A DNA stretch of 64,000 nt. Origin: an uncultured Methanosarcinales archaeon (GTDB taxonomy: Archaea > Nanobdellota > Nanobdellia > Woesearchaeales > UBA583). Numbering within the stretch: position 1 is the stretch's first letter; every line of letters starts with the position of its first letter. Location: assembly GCA_964351975.1 (NCBI GenBank), contig CAYGPK010000002.1, forward strand, positions 88,772-152,771, written 5' to 3'. The translations under genes were made by a program, and so were the position numbers. This document shows positions 46,127-55,414 of the stretch, piece by piece. The notes beneath the pieces were generated by a model, which saw only the letters and a list, made by a program, of their open reading frames with translations, searched no databases and had not been told where the DNA came from.

Positions 46127-46132
46127 ATTTCT

Positions 46133-46174
46133 ATTATAACCTTTAAGTTATAGTATTATAACTTTTTAAGTATA
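46133..46174. promoter_or_regulatory. Two tandem imperfect ~20-bp repeats upstream of the MNT/HEPN pair (operator candidate)
   Basis: attataacctttaagttata (46133..46152) and attataactttttaagtata (46155..46174). They lie between the ATG (46126) and a TTTAAATA box (reverse complement of 46173..46180). Confidence 0.4.
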
Positions 46175-46238
46175 TTTAAATCTTTTGTTTTATTTCTATT
46201 GGATTTAGTAAAAAGTTACTAATGTTAGTAAAAAACTA

Positions 46239-46940
46239 TTAATCATCTTCTTCTGCTTTAATTCCTAGAATATTTTGCATCTCTTTTCTAATTTCTGGAA
46301 CTTGTTCACAGTAATCAGGTGCTCCATTAAAGTAATCAAAACCTTCTTCAAAGATACTCATAATAATTTGCGCAAGTGCCATAGTATCTGTTGCAATAAG
46401 AAAAGCTGAAGCTGCAATTAATTGACCAGAAGTAGGAGTCCCAACAAAAGAACAAATCCAAGAACTAGCACCAGGGAAACATGAACCTGTAACTAATGTT
46501 CTTGCAACTTTAGTTCCAGCAGCCCATAATAAACCAATTGGATTTTCAAGTATTTGAGCAACTGCTGCTCTAAAAAATTCTAATATTGCCATTGGAGGTA
46601 GAGCAAATATCTCTCCAACAATGTATTTACACATATTATACTCATACTCTTTAGTACAAAAAGCAGGATCTATTCCAACTTTAACAGCCTCATAAGTACA
46701 AACAATTTGTCTACATTTGTATTGTCTTTGCTCTTCTACTTTCTCAATAATACCTGGCAAACATCCAGTAACTGCAGATAATATAAATGAATCTTTAACT
46801 TCGCCACTAAATCCTCCACACATACTCTGAACATCAGATCTATAAGGTGCTGCTGAAACTGTATTTATATTCATAGGAATTATAAAAATTAAACTTAAAA
46901 TTAAAAAAATACCAAAGAAACTATTAAATTTATTTTTCAT
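46239..46940 (-). CDS. Secreted Cys-rich protein with amphipathic/hydrophobic helices (233 aa)
   Basis: Signal FFGIFLILSLIFIIPMNINTVSAA. More than 10 Cys. G/A/V/P-rich and K/N-poor relative to neighbours. Its start lies 2 nt after the upstream stop. Confidence 0.7.
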   Translation of the reverse strand: MKNKFNSFFGIFLILSLIFIIPMNINTVSAAPYRSDVQSMCGGFSGEVKDSFILSAVTGCLPGIIEKVEEQRQYKCRQIVCTYEAVKVGIDPAFCTKEYEYNMCKYIVGEIFALPPMAILEFFRAAVAQILENPIGLLWAAGTKVARTLVTGSCFPGASSWICSFVGTPTSGQLIAASAFLIATDTMALAQIIMSIFEEGFDYFNGAPDYCEQVPEIRKEMQNILGIKAEEDD

Positions 46941-46942
46941 TT

Positions 46943-49762
46943 TTATGGACCAAACCTCTTCATTAATGGATCAGTATCTCCACAAACTGCACCAGCTAAT
47001 TCATTTTGAACATCTATCAAATCTCCCAATACAGGGATATCACCTAAAATATCACTATTTGAAGTTCCAACAGAGTCAGTAACCATTCCTAAAATATGAG
47101 CTCCATTACGACAAGTTACCCAATCACAGGCTGCTTTAATAGGCCCAGTTATATCAGATAAACTATCTAATAATCCATCTTTTGAAACTTCTAAAGCTCC
47201 TTGGGTATTAACTGAGGCTTTGTTTCCTAAATGTGTTTCCCAACATTGGGCAAAACCTACTGGTTGTGGCGTTGGACAAGGTATAAGTACACCTGAAGCC
47301 GGATTTATCTTACTAATTACAGGAGTTCCAATTTGACAACTTACACCTGGAACAGCAAGTACTGGATAAGTTACAGAGACTGAAGCTTCTATAGAAAGAG
47401 ATGTACATTCAACAAATGCTTCAGAATCAGTTAAAACTTTATAACTTTTATATATATCCGTTGCAGTAGTCAATACACCACCACCAGTTGTTACAACATT
47501 ACACAATTCACTTAGTAAATGATAAATACTAAATAAAGTATCAAACCAACCCTCAGCCCAAGCAACTTCATTTGTCATAGAAAGTATATTACTTGCTTGT
47601 CTTTCTAATAAATCTCCACCTGGAACATCAAAGAAACTAAAAACAACGTTAAATTCAACAAGCTCAGGAGCATAAACTTGTGTATCATCTCTCTTTAAAA
47701 CTGACATTGTACATTTCATATTAATATCATTTAAATCTCCTAAATTAGGATGATTTCGCAGTTCAAAAAATAAAGCAAAATCCAAATCATCTCCTTCTCC
47801 TACAACAACTCCATTTTCTGGATATAAACCAAAATCTAAAATAATTAGTGGATCAATATTACTCTCATCACAACTTTGTAATTGATAATTAATAACAGTC
47901 ATCTGATTATCTTTTGTTGTAAGCTTTCCTTCAAACCAAGCTGTTCCACCACGAGATTTCATAACATCATGATTAATTGGATTTAAAGTATTAATATTTG
48001 AAATTTTATAAGAACTTACAACTTCATTTGAAACTTTAAAAATCTCAACCCTATAATCTGAAATAACAGTATTTCCTGCTGAATCCGAAATAGTAAAATG
48101 AACCTCCCTATCTAAATAACCATTAACAACTTCAATTCCATTAAAATCACATTGAACTGTATTTTCACTATACAAACTACAAAGGCCAGCTTTTTCTTCA
48201 AACCCATCCCTAAAATCAATCTCTGAAAAATCTCCAAAAATAAAATATTCTCCATTATACAAATTAGAATCTGATACTCTAATTCTAAAATTTACTTTCT
48301 CCATTGACTTTAAAATTCCATCTTTAATAGATTCAGTCTCAATAAATTCAATGCTATCAATAGTTGGTTCAGTATTATCAACTACAAAATTTAATTCTTT
48401 TACATTATAATTACCATACAAGTCTGAAACACCAACCCTCAAAGTAAAACTTTTATCATCTGAATTAGCAAATGCTGAGACACCACCTGATAATTCCCAA
48501 ATACATTCACCTGAATCTCCAACAAACGTACAATCCTTAATTGGGAAAGGTAAGCTTCCAAACTCCTCAGCAACTACAACTCCTCCTTCTGAAACACTCT
48601 CATCTGTAAATTTCAAAACAACTCTGGCATTTGTATCAGTTGAGCTTAAAATATTTCTAACCCCTAAACTATTCTCCAAATAAAACTCACTGATAACTGG
48701 CCCAGTTTTATCAACAAAAATTTCTTCATTAAAAGTTTGTAATCCTGTATTTAAAACAACATCATTCGAACTAAATTTAATTGGAACTGTAGTTGTATCA
48801 CCTAAAGTGATTTGTACATCATTAAAATTACAAGTAAAAGTATCTAGACTTATCTTTGTACAAGAACCAGTCATAACACCAACAGAAGGGTTAATTGGAG
48901 TTAAATCTGCAGTTACAACAGGAACAAAAGAATCCACAATTTCAAAAGATTCATCTTTAACATCAACACTTAAAGACACACGCCTAGTCCCATCATATTC
49001 GTAAACTTTTCTTAAATTTAAATATGAAGGTCCATTACCATCAACAGTTAAATCTACAGATTTAACATTTCTAAAACCAAGTTTATCTTCTGCTGTAAAA
49101 GTGTATGTTCTACTTGAACTAGGTGTATCAACAAACTCTCCAGTATAAGAACCATCAGAATCAAAACTTATAATTTGTGAAATTCCTCCAGTAATAGAGA
49201 GATAATCTAAACCAGAACCAGAATCAGAAACTGTATAATCTACACTAAACTCATCACCAGATTTAATAATAGAATCAGCTGAAGTAACAAAACTATCAAA
49301 AGCTGGTGCAGAATTATCTGGTAAGAATTGTAATGATCCACTTCCACTTCCACCAATTAAATTTGAAACACTGTAAGTCGATAAAAATGGACTTGTAACT
49401 ACAATCTCAACATCAAAAGTAAAAAGAACCTTAGTTAAATAATTACTTCCAGATGCAGAAGTTATTACTGAATTTGCATTAATTTGACTTCCTGTTGAAA
49501 ATAATTTGAACTTAAAAGAATCGCTATCATAACAACTGTTTTCATCATTTAAAATACTATATTCTAAAGTTAAAGGATTTGCATCTAAATCTGCTCTAAT
49601 ATAAACTTGATCAGAATCATCAAAGCTTCCTAAATTTTTTGAACCAGAACTAATAGCAATAGAATCAGGAATAATTTTACAACTTGCAAAAACAGAATAA
49701 GAAGAAAAAGTTAAAACTATACCTAAAGTTAATACAAAGAACAGTTTCTTTAAGTTAATCAT
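46943..49762 (-). CDS. Secreted 939-aa protein: Ig-like repeats followed by a Cys-rich, G/V/T-rich C-terminal domain
   Basis: Signal LFFVLTLGIVLTFSSYSVFA. SDSGSGLDYLSI and EPTIDSIEF Ig-like hallmarks. C-terminal ~250 aa contain VTTGGGVLTTATD and many Cys. TATA-like box 22 nt upstream. Confidence 0.75.
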   Translation of the reverse strand: MINLKKLFFVLTLGIVLTFSSYSVFASCKIIPDSIAISSGSKNLGSFDDSDQVYIRADLDANPLTLEYSILNDENSCYDSDSFKFKLFSTGSQINANSVITSASGSNYLTKVLFTFDVEIVVTSPFLSTYSVSNLIGGSGSGSLQFLPDNSAPAFDSFVTSADSIIKSGDEFSVDYTVSDSGSGLDYLSITGGISQIISFDSDGSYTGEFVDTPSSSRTYTFTAEDKLGFRNVKSVDLTVDGNGPSYLNLRKVYEYDGTRRVSLSVDVKDESFEIVDSFVPVVTADLTPINPSVGVMTGSCTKISLDTFTCNFNDVQITLGDTTTVPIKFSSNDVVLNTGLQTFNEEIFVDKTGPVISEFYLENSLGVRNILSSTDTNARVVLKFTDESVSEGGVVVAEEFGSLPFPIKDCTFVGDSGECIWELSGGVSAFANSDDKSFTLRVGVSDLYGNYNVKELNFVVDNTEPTIDSIEFIETESIKDGILKSMEKVNFRIRVSDSNLYNGEYFIFGDFSEIDFRDGFEEKAGLCSLYSENTVQCDFNGIEVVNGYLDREVHFTISDSAGNTVISDYRVEIFKVSNEVVSSYKISNINTLNPINHDVMKSRGGTAWFEGKLTTKDNQMTVINYQLQSCDESNIDPLIILDFGLYPENGVVVGEGDDLDFALFFELRNHPNLGDLNDINMKCTMSVLKRDDTQVYAPELVEFNVVFSFFDVPGGDLLERQASNILSMTNEVAWAEGWFDTLFSIYHLLSELCNVVTTGGGVLTTATDIYKSYKVLTDSEAFVECTSLSIEASVSVTYPVLAVPGVSCQIGTPVISKINPASGVLIPCPTPQPVGFAQCWETHLGNKASVNTQGALEVSKDGLLDSLSDITGPIKAACDWVTCRNGAHILGMVTDSVGTSNSDILGDIPVLGDLIDVQNELAGAVCGDTDPLMKRFGP

Positions 49763-49844
49763 AAAGAAATCTCAAAAATAAGAGTTTTAAACTTTATTAT
49801 TTACTCTATAGGACAAACTAGAATAAAATCTAAATTTCATCCAA

Positions 49845-52800
49845 TTAATTTAATGGTTTTTCAGCAAACGCTATGTAAATAAAAGACCCACTATTTGCAT
49901 TAACTTCTGCTCCAGCATTTCTAAGCTTAAATCCATTTGATAAGAAGTCAAAATAACCTGCAGTATTTTCAGCCTCAGTTGTACTAGCTCTTAAATATCC
50001 ATCAAAAGGATTATATCCAACTCTTTTTGAATCTTGTATTCTCCAATCTCCAGTAGAATCTGTTCTTTTAATCATAACAAAAGCAGGTTTAAATCCAGTA
50101 TAAATAACAGGTCCGTCTGTGTTTCCATTACCTGTATAGCTTCCAATCTTACTAAATCCTTCTTTCTCTGCAAATAAATAAGCAATCATCCTATTTGTAT
50201 TTCCATTAACACCAACATTAGTTCCTATTGTAAAAACTTCAGAAGTAGGTTGGGTTCTGTTAAAGGTAGGAGTATTTAGAACATTTGTATCAAGAGCATT
50301 TGAAGTAAAAGTAAAAAAATTATTTGCAGGAGCACCATTAACATTAAGATTCGAAACAGATTGATGATAAATAGTCCAACTATTTGTTGTATCTAAATTC
50401 TTGAAAATCATTAAAGCAGGAACTACTCCTAAACTATGGTTTATTGAACGAGCTGTTGCAGTTCCAGTATAAGATACAATATCAAAAATACTTTCATTCT
50501 CTTTCCAATTCCAACTTACAAAATCTTCAGTATTATCATTATAACCACTAGCACCTGTTCCTAATTCAAAACCATCAGAATTAAAATTAGTTAAACCATT
50601 TGAATCTGTCCCTTCAACAGCAGTTGAATCAGAACTCAACTCTTTTGTAACACCACGCAAACTATCTATTAATTTATGCTCATCTGTTGTATCACGATTC
50701 TTAATCCAAACTAAATCTGGACTAAATGATAAACCAGTAATGTTTCTTACAGCAGAATTTCCAGTATAAAGAATTGTATCAAAGAATTCACTAGCATTAA
50801 CTTTTCCAGTTATGTTGTTAATATTATTAACGCTTAATGCTTTGAATCCACTAGGTGGAGTATAAACAAAACTTCCTCCTGCAGAAGAATTGTAAGTTGT
50901 TGAACTTCCACTTAAACTAGATAATTGTCCAAAATTAATTCTCTGAGAATTTGTAGCTATTCCTGTTCCATCTCCAACCATTGAAAAAACTTCTCCGGTT
51001 ATTCCATTTAAAAAAGCTCCAATATTATTTGATGGATCTCCTATAACATCACTACTGTTATCTAACCAAACTCCATCAATACCAAACCAAATTTTACCCT
51101 CATCCATATCTAAAGCAACCATTATAGTATTTGTACTATCAAATGCCCAAGATGAATTATCAGGAGTTGAAGTTGTAAGTGTTCCGCCAATAGGATTGTC
51201 ATGATAACGTCCATTAAAATTTAGAACCCAATTTCCAACTCCATCATTTTGATTACCACTACTTTGACTTAAATCTGTATGTGAAGAATAAACTCCAACT
51301 TCTCCTCCATTACCAGTTTGATCAACTTCCCAATACCATTTACCTGAACTTACTCCTAGCGTAGCTACTTCTCCTGCAAGATTAGATGAGGTTATATCTA
51401 AATTTCCATTTGAAAATGTCCCTGAACCTGTTGTTATTGGATTTAAAATCGCAAAATTATTTGTAGGCACATCAGTTACTTGATCATCACTTGGCGCATC
51501 TAAAATTGTAGCAGAAGCAGTCGGAGGAGTAAAATCTCTTGTCCAAAGAGCTTTTCCTTTAGTAATTCTGATTTCATCAAAATATCCTGATGAATAATCA
51601 GGAGAAGAACCATAATCTCTAGCTCCTATTCTTATTTCTCTATCATTATTATAAATAGTAGAAGATGATGATGTTGAACTAACCCTAGTTCCATTAATAT
51701 ACAAACTAAAATTATTACCATATCTTGTAACTGCTATATGATGCCAACTATTTTCTGAAATATTTAAAAGACTACCTGAATATAAATTTGCAATCTCAGA
51801 GTTTCCATCATTTGATGCTTGAAATAATATTTCTCCTTGAGAACCAGTACTATGAATTGCCCACCCCTTATTTGATGTCGGACCTGAACCCCATTTGCTA
51901 AATAAAGTTTGATAAGCACTCAAATCATTTGGATTAAACCAAAAATCAATGGTAAAGTCTCCTGTTCCAAACTCTAGTTCTGAAGTATCTGAAATACTTA
52001 AATAATCTCCACTCCCATCAAAATAAATTGAAGAGTTACTAAACTTACTATTATTTGTTTCGTGGCTAACATCTCCATTAGCAGTTATACTGTGCCCTAT
52101 TCCACTTGAATCAACAAAAATAGTTGAACCATCACTATTGTCTGAATGAATTAATAATCCTTGACCTTCCTCTATATTATTCACTGTAAAATTATTAGCA
52201 TTTCCACTAAAATCCCTTCCTAAATTAGTAGATTGATTAAATGGTAAATAAAAACCATTTGTCCCATAACTTCCTTTAGAAGTGTTTGTAACATTAAATT
52301 CTTTAGGAATCCAATTTCCATAAGAATCATTTTCTCCAAAATACTCTGGACCAAGTGCTTGTCCATCAACAAAATTAACATCTGACATATAACCATCAAA
52401 ATAATTTGAAGCAGCTGCATTACTTCCTATTGCATGAACATATTGACCATTTATAACATCATTACCAGAAGACCAAGTATAACCATTAGCATTTAAACTT
52501 TGAAGTTCTCCATTAACATAAATTTTAATAGCATCACTTAATGAGGCTTGAGTTGAATCATGATACAAAACAATATGATTCCAATTATTTATATCTCTAA
52601 ATAAAGCATCAGTAGAAGCATATGCAACATACCCTGAACCTCTTTGAGTTGAAAAATGTAGTTGATTAGTATTTCTGAAATATAATCCTGCAAAATTATT
52701 CCCATCTTGATAACCATTAAAAATACCTTGCCAAGTATCTAATGTTCCTCTTTTAATCCAACCACTCCAAGTCCAAGTTGTTCTATTACCTTCTACACCC

Positions 52801-53327
52801 GGAGTCCTATTCAAATAAGCACTATCTCCATCATTAAATAGCAAACTATTACTGGCACCATAACTAGAACTACTACTAACTGATTCTTCTTCACTAGAAT
52901 TAGAGCTCAAAGAAGTACTTGCACTAACATTACGATTGTAAAAATAAGTTGAATAAGGTCCCTTATTTGTATAAACAACAGCTTCAATCTTACTACTTGT
53001 TAAATTAGTTGTACAATTGCTATTCAAACTAATTTGAGTCAAACTATCGCCATTCGCAGTCAGACTCCCCAAGTTACAGGAATTACCACCAATTTTAACA
53101 TCAGTAATTGTCAAATTCTCAGTAAAACCATTACGAAAATATAAAGTATCACCTAACAATTGGTCAATTTTTGTTTGAGAAACACTACTAGAACTTTTAC
53201 TCTCAACATCAGAAAATAAAGTTGTAGAATAAGAATTAAACCAAGTTTGAAAACCAATAATTGCAACAACAGCAACAACAATTAACAAAGAACTCGCAAT
53301 AACAGGACCTATTCCCTTTTTATTCAT
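49845..53327 (-). CDS. Pilin_N-type class III signal peptide protein (1160 aa) with two LamG-like domains, one SPRY-like domain and a repeated C-terminal motif
   Basis: N-terminus MNKKG/IGPVIASSLLIVVAVVAIIGFQTWFN. LamG-like WTWSGWIKRG...IVLYHD and FTIDFWFNPND...WHHIAVTRYGNNFSLYINGT. SPRY-like SGKWYWEV...IMVALDMDEGKIWFGIDG. TTTATAAA 22 nt upstream. Confidence 0.8.
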   Translation of the reverse strand: MNKKGIGPVIASSLLIVVAVVAIIGFQTWFNSYSTTLFSDVESKSSSSVSQTKIDQLLGDTLYFRNGFTENLTITDVKIGGNSCNLGSLTANGDSLTQISLNSNCTTNLTSSKIEAVVYTNKGPYSTYFYNRNVSASTSLSSNSSEEESVSSSSSYGASNSLLFNDGDSAYLNRTPGVEGNRTTWTWSGWIKRGTLDTWQGIFNGYQDGNNFAGLYFRNTNQLHFSTQRGSGYVAYASTDALFRDINNWNHIVLYHDSTQASLSDAIKIYVNGELQSLNANGYTWSSGNDVINGQYVHAIGSNAAASNYFDGYMSDVNFVDGQALGPEYFGENDSYGNWIPKEFNVTNTSKGSYGTNGFYLPFNQSTNLGRDFSGNANNFTVNNIEEGQGLLIHSDNSDGSTIFVDSSGIGHSITANGDVSHETNNSKFSNSSIYFDGSGDYLSISDTSELEFGTGDFTIDFWFNPNDLSAYQTLFSKWGSGPTSNKGWAIHSTGSQGEILFQASNDGNSEIANLYSGSLLNISENSWHHIAVTRYGNNFSLYINGTRVSSTSSSSTIYNNDREIRIGARDYGSSPDYSSGYFDEIRITKGKALWTRDFTPPTASATILDAPSDDQVTDVPTNNFAILNPITTGSGTFSNGNLDITSSNLAGEVATLGVSSGKWYWEVDQTGNGGEVGVYSSHTDLSQSSGNQNDGVGNWVLNFNGRYHDNPIGGTLTTSTPDNSSWAFDSTNTIMVALDMDEGKIWFGIDGVWLDNSSDVIGDPSNNIGAFLNGITGEVFSMVGDGTGIATNSQRINFGQLSSLSGSSTTYNSSAGGSFVYTPPSGFKALSVNNINNITGKVNASEFFDTILYTGNSAVRNITGLSFSPDLVWIKNRDTTDEHKLIDSLRGVTKELSSDSTAVEGTDSNGLTNFNSDGFELGTGASGYNDNTEDFVSWNWKENESIFDIVSYTGTATARSINHSLGVVPALMIFKNLDTTNSWTIYHQSVSNLNVNGAPANNFFTFTSNALDTNVLNTPTFNRTQPTSEVFTIGTNVGVNGNTNRMIAYLFAEKEGFSKIGSYTGNGNTDGPVIYTGFKPAFVMIKRTDSTGDWRIQDSKRVGYNPFDGYLRASTTEAENTAGYFDFLSNGFKLRNAGAEVNANSGSFIYIAFAEKPLN

Positions 53328-53349
53328 AAATTAAACTCAAGAATTTAAG

Positions 53350-53357
53350 TTTATAAA
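53350..53357 (-). promoter_or_regulatory. TATA box (TTTATAAA) for 49845..53327
   Basis: 22 nt between the box and the ATG at 53327. Confidence 0.55.
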
Positions 53358-53389
53358 ACTTTTTAACTAAAAAAATAAATATGAATAAC

Positions 53390-53938
53390 TTACTTCTTTT
53401 TTAATTTCTTAACTTTAACTTTATCAGAAATAATCGCAGAATTTCCAGAATCATCAATTAATTTAATAGTAATTTTTTTCTCACCAGATTTAACTTCTTC
53501 AATTCCTTTTAAAATATTCTTTAGTTTTTTTCTCTTCTCTTTTTCTAAATCATCATCACTTTTTAAAAATTCAATTTGCTTCTTGAATCTATCCAAAAGT
53601 CCTTCAACATTTGAGATGAAACCTTCACTGTTCATTGTTGAATCAACACTAATTCTAAAATTTGGAATCTTGATTTCACAAGCACCAGATTTAATAATTC
53701 TAATATTCAAATCTTCTTTAGACTCAACTTCTAAAGTATACTCACAAGGTTCACCTGGCTCTAAAAATTCTAAATCTGAATTCTTGAAACCACAAGCTGA
53801 GCATTTTATTGAAAAAATTGCAATAGGTCCTGCAAGAGGATCTTCAATTTCATACTCTGTAAAAGTTGCTTTATTTACAGAACAAACAGGACACTGTTGA
53901 TTATCAATTACAAAAATATCATTGCTTTCTTCACTCAT
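53390..53938 (-). CDS. ZPR1-type zinc-finger protein
   Basis: CPVCS...(27 aa)...CSACGF zinc ribbon followed by a beta-rich domain. Size and layout are typical of archaeal ZPR1 homologues. Confidence 0.7.
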   Translation of the reverse strand: MSEESNDIFVIDNQQCPVCSVNKATFTEYEIEDPLAGPIAIFSIKCSACGFKNSDLEFLEPGEPCEYTLEVESKEDLNIRIIKSGACEIKIPNFRISVDSTMNSEGFISNVEGLLDRFKKQIEFLKSDDDLEKEKRKKLKNILKGIEEVKSGEKKITIKLIDDSGNSAIISDKVKVKKLKKK

Positions 53939-53992
53939 ACTTTAAACTAAAATAATTTGTTTAAAAACTTATCGAAATTAAAAGAAATAAAT

Positions 53993-55318
53993 CTAATTTT
54001 TTAATTTAATTTTAACTTTTTTAACAAAGTCAATATCACGATTTAACAACAATTTAAATTTCTCTTTATTAAACTTACAAACATCTTTTAAATTTGTAAA
54101 TTTTCTTTTCTCATATGAACAAACTCTATCTTCTTCAACAAAATATTCTTTTCGAACTTTCATAAAATTCTTAAGAGGAACTTTCATAAAAATTTTTGGA
54201 CCATTAATTAGTCTTAAATCTGAAATCTCTGTATTCTCAAAAAAATAAACAAAAGAACAATCACCAGTTTTCATATCAATAAAAAAATCAGATTTAAACA
54301 CCTTAAAATCTAAATCTTCAAAATGCTTAATTAAAATTTTAGATAATCTCTTAAGCTTTGACCCTACAATATCTTCACTTTCCTCTTTTATATCAAATTT
54401 TATTTTATACAATAAAACTTTAAGTCTATTTGAATTAGCAAATTTAATCTCTTTCTTTATCAAAGATTTCATAGATTCTTCTTTAACTACAAAATCATCA
54501 AATTTTAAATCCTTAAAATTTAGTGCTTCAACCAAAAATTTATTATAATTTGTAACTGATAAAGCTCTTGAAGCATTTCTATCTTTCATAATAGGATCAA
54601 CTATAATCAAAGAAGATAATTTATCTTTTTCAAGAATCTCTATAGCTTCTTCCTTACTTTTGTAAAAACTATTTATATCAATAAAATGATTCTCTCCCCA
54701 TTCTTTTGCACTCTCAATTAAGTTCTTAAGCGAACCGTAATTTGCAATTAATATATCAATAATATGTCCTGAGAATCCTTCAATATAACTCTCAGCTCCA
54801 TACAAGCCCTTTGCTTTAAAATATTGCTTTGCAAGTCTTATTTCATCAGACAAATGCAAATTCTCTTTAATCCTTTCTTTAATAAAATCAACATGAAAAA
54901 CAGATAAATCTGTAGAATTTCTTGCTTCACTTAAATCTTTAATTTTAACAACGGGAATTGCTTCAAAATGAACGTTAATTCTTTTATGTGAAAAATTTCC
55001 TGAAAAATAATTCCTTGAGCCTTTTTGTTTTTTAAAATTCAATTTACAACTCTTTAAAATTTCTTCTAAATGAATAGATAAACTATCATCGTCATAACTC
55101 TTATCAAATCTAAAAAATAAATCTACATCAAAACTCCCTTTAAGATAAGTTCCTTTCCCAAAACTTCCACCTAAGGCAATCTCACATTCAAAATCTAATT
55201 CTATAATCTTTTTTTCTAGAATTGAAATTAATTCAGCAACTGTACTCTCAAATTCTTTTGATTCTTTTTCGTTAGGTTTAACCCTTTGTAAAATTTCTTT
55301 TTTAGTTAAAATTGACAT
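53993..55318 (-). CDS. cca: CCA-adding tRNA nucleotidyltransferase (archaeal class I)
   Basis: ALGGSFGKGTYLKGSFDVDLFFRF (class I NTase GS...DxD). Length ~440 aa. Confidence 0.85.
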   Translation of the reverse strand: MSILTKKEILQRVKPNEKESKEFESTVAELISILEKKIIELDFECEIALGGSFGKGTYLKGSFDVDLFFRFDKSYDDDSLSIHLEEILKSCKLNFKKQKGSRNYFSGNFSHKRINVHFEAIPVVKIKDLSEARNSTDLSVFHVDFIKERIKENLHLSDEIRLAKQYFKAKGLYGAESYIEGFSGHIIDILIANYGSLKNLIESAKEWGENHFIDINSFYKSKEEAIEILEKDKLSSLIIVDPIMKDRNASRALSVTNYNKFLVEALNFKDLKFDDFVVKEESMKSLIKKEIKFANSNRLKVLLYKIKFDIKEESEDIVGSKLKRLSKILIKHFEDLDFKVFKSDFFIDMKTGDCSFVYFFENTEISDLRLINGPKIFMKVPLKNFMKVRKEYFVEEDRVCSYEKRKFTNLKDVCKFNKEKFKLLLNRDIDFVKKVKIKLKN

Positions 55319-55414
55319 TTTTTAATATATTTTAATTATTATATACTAGTAAATATAATCACCTATATTTAAATTAATCGAAAATAAATAAAAAAATAAC
55401 TCATATTATTCTAT

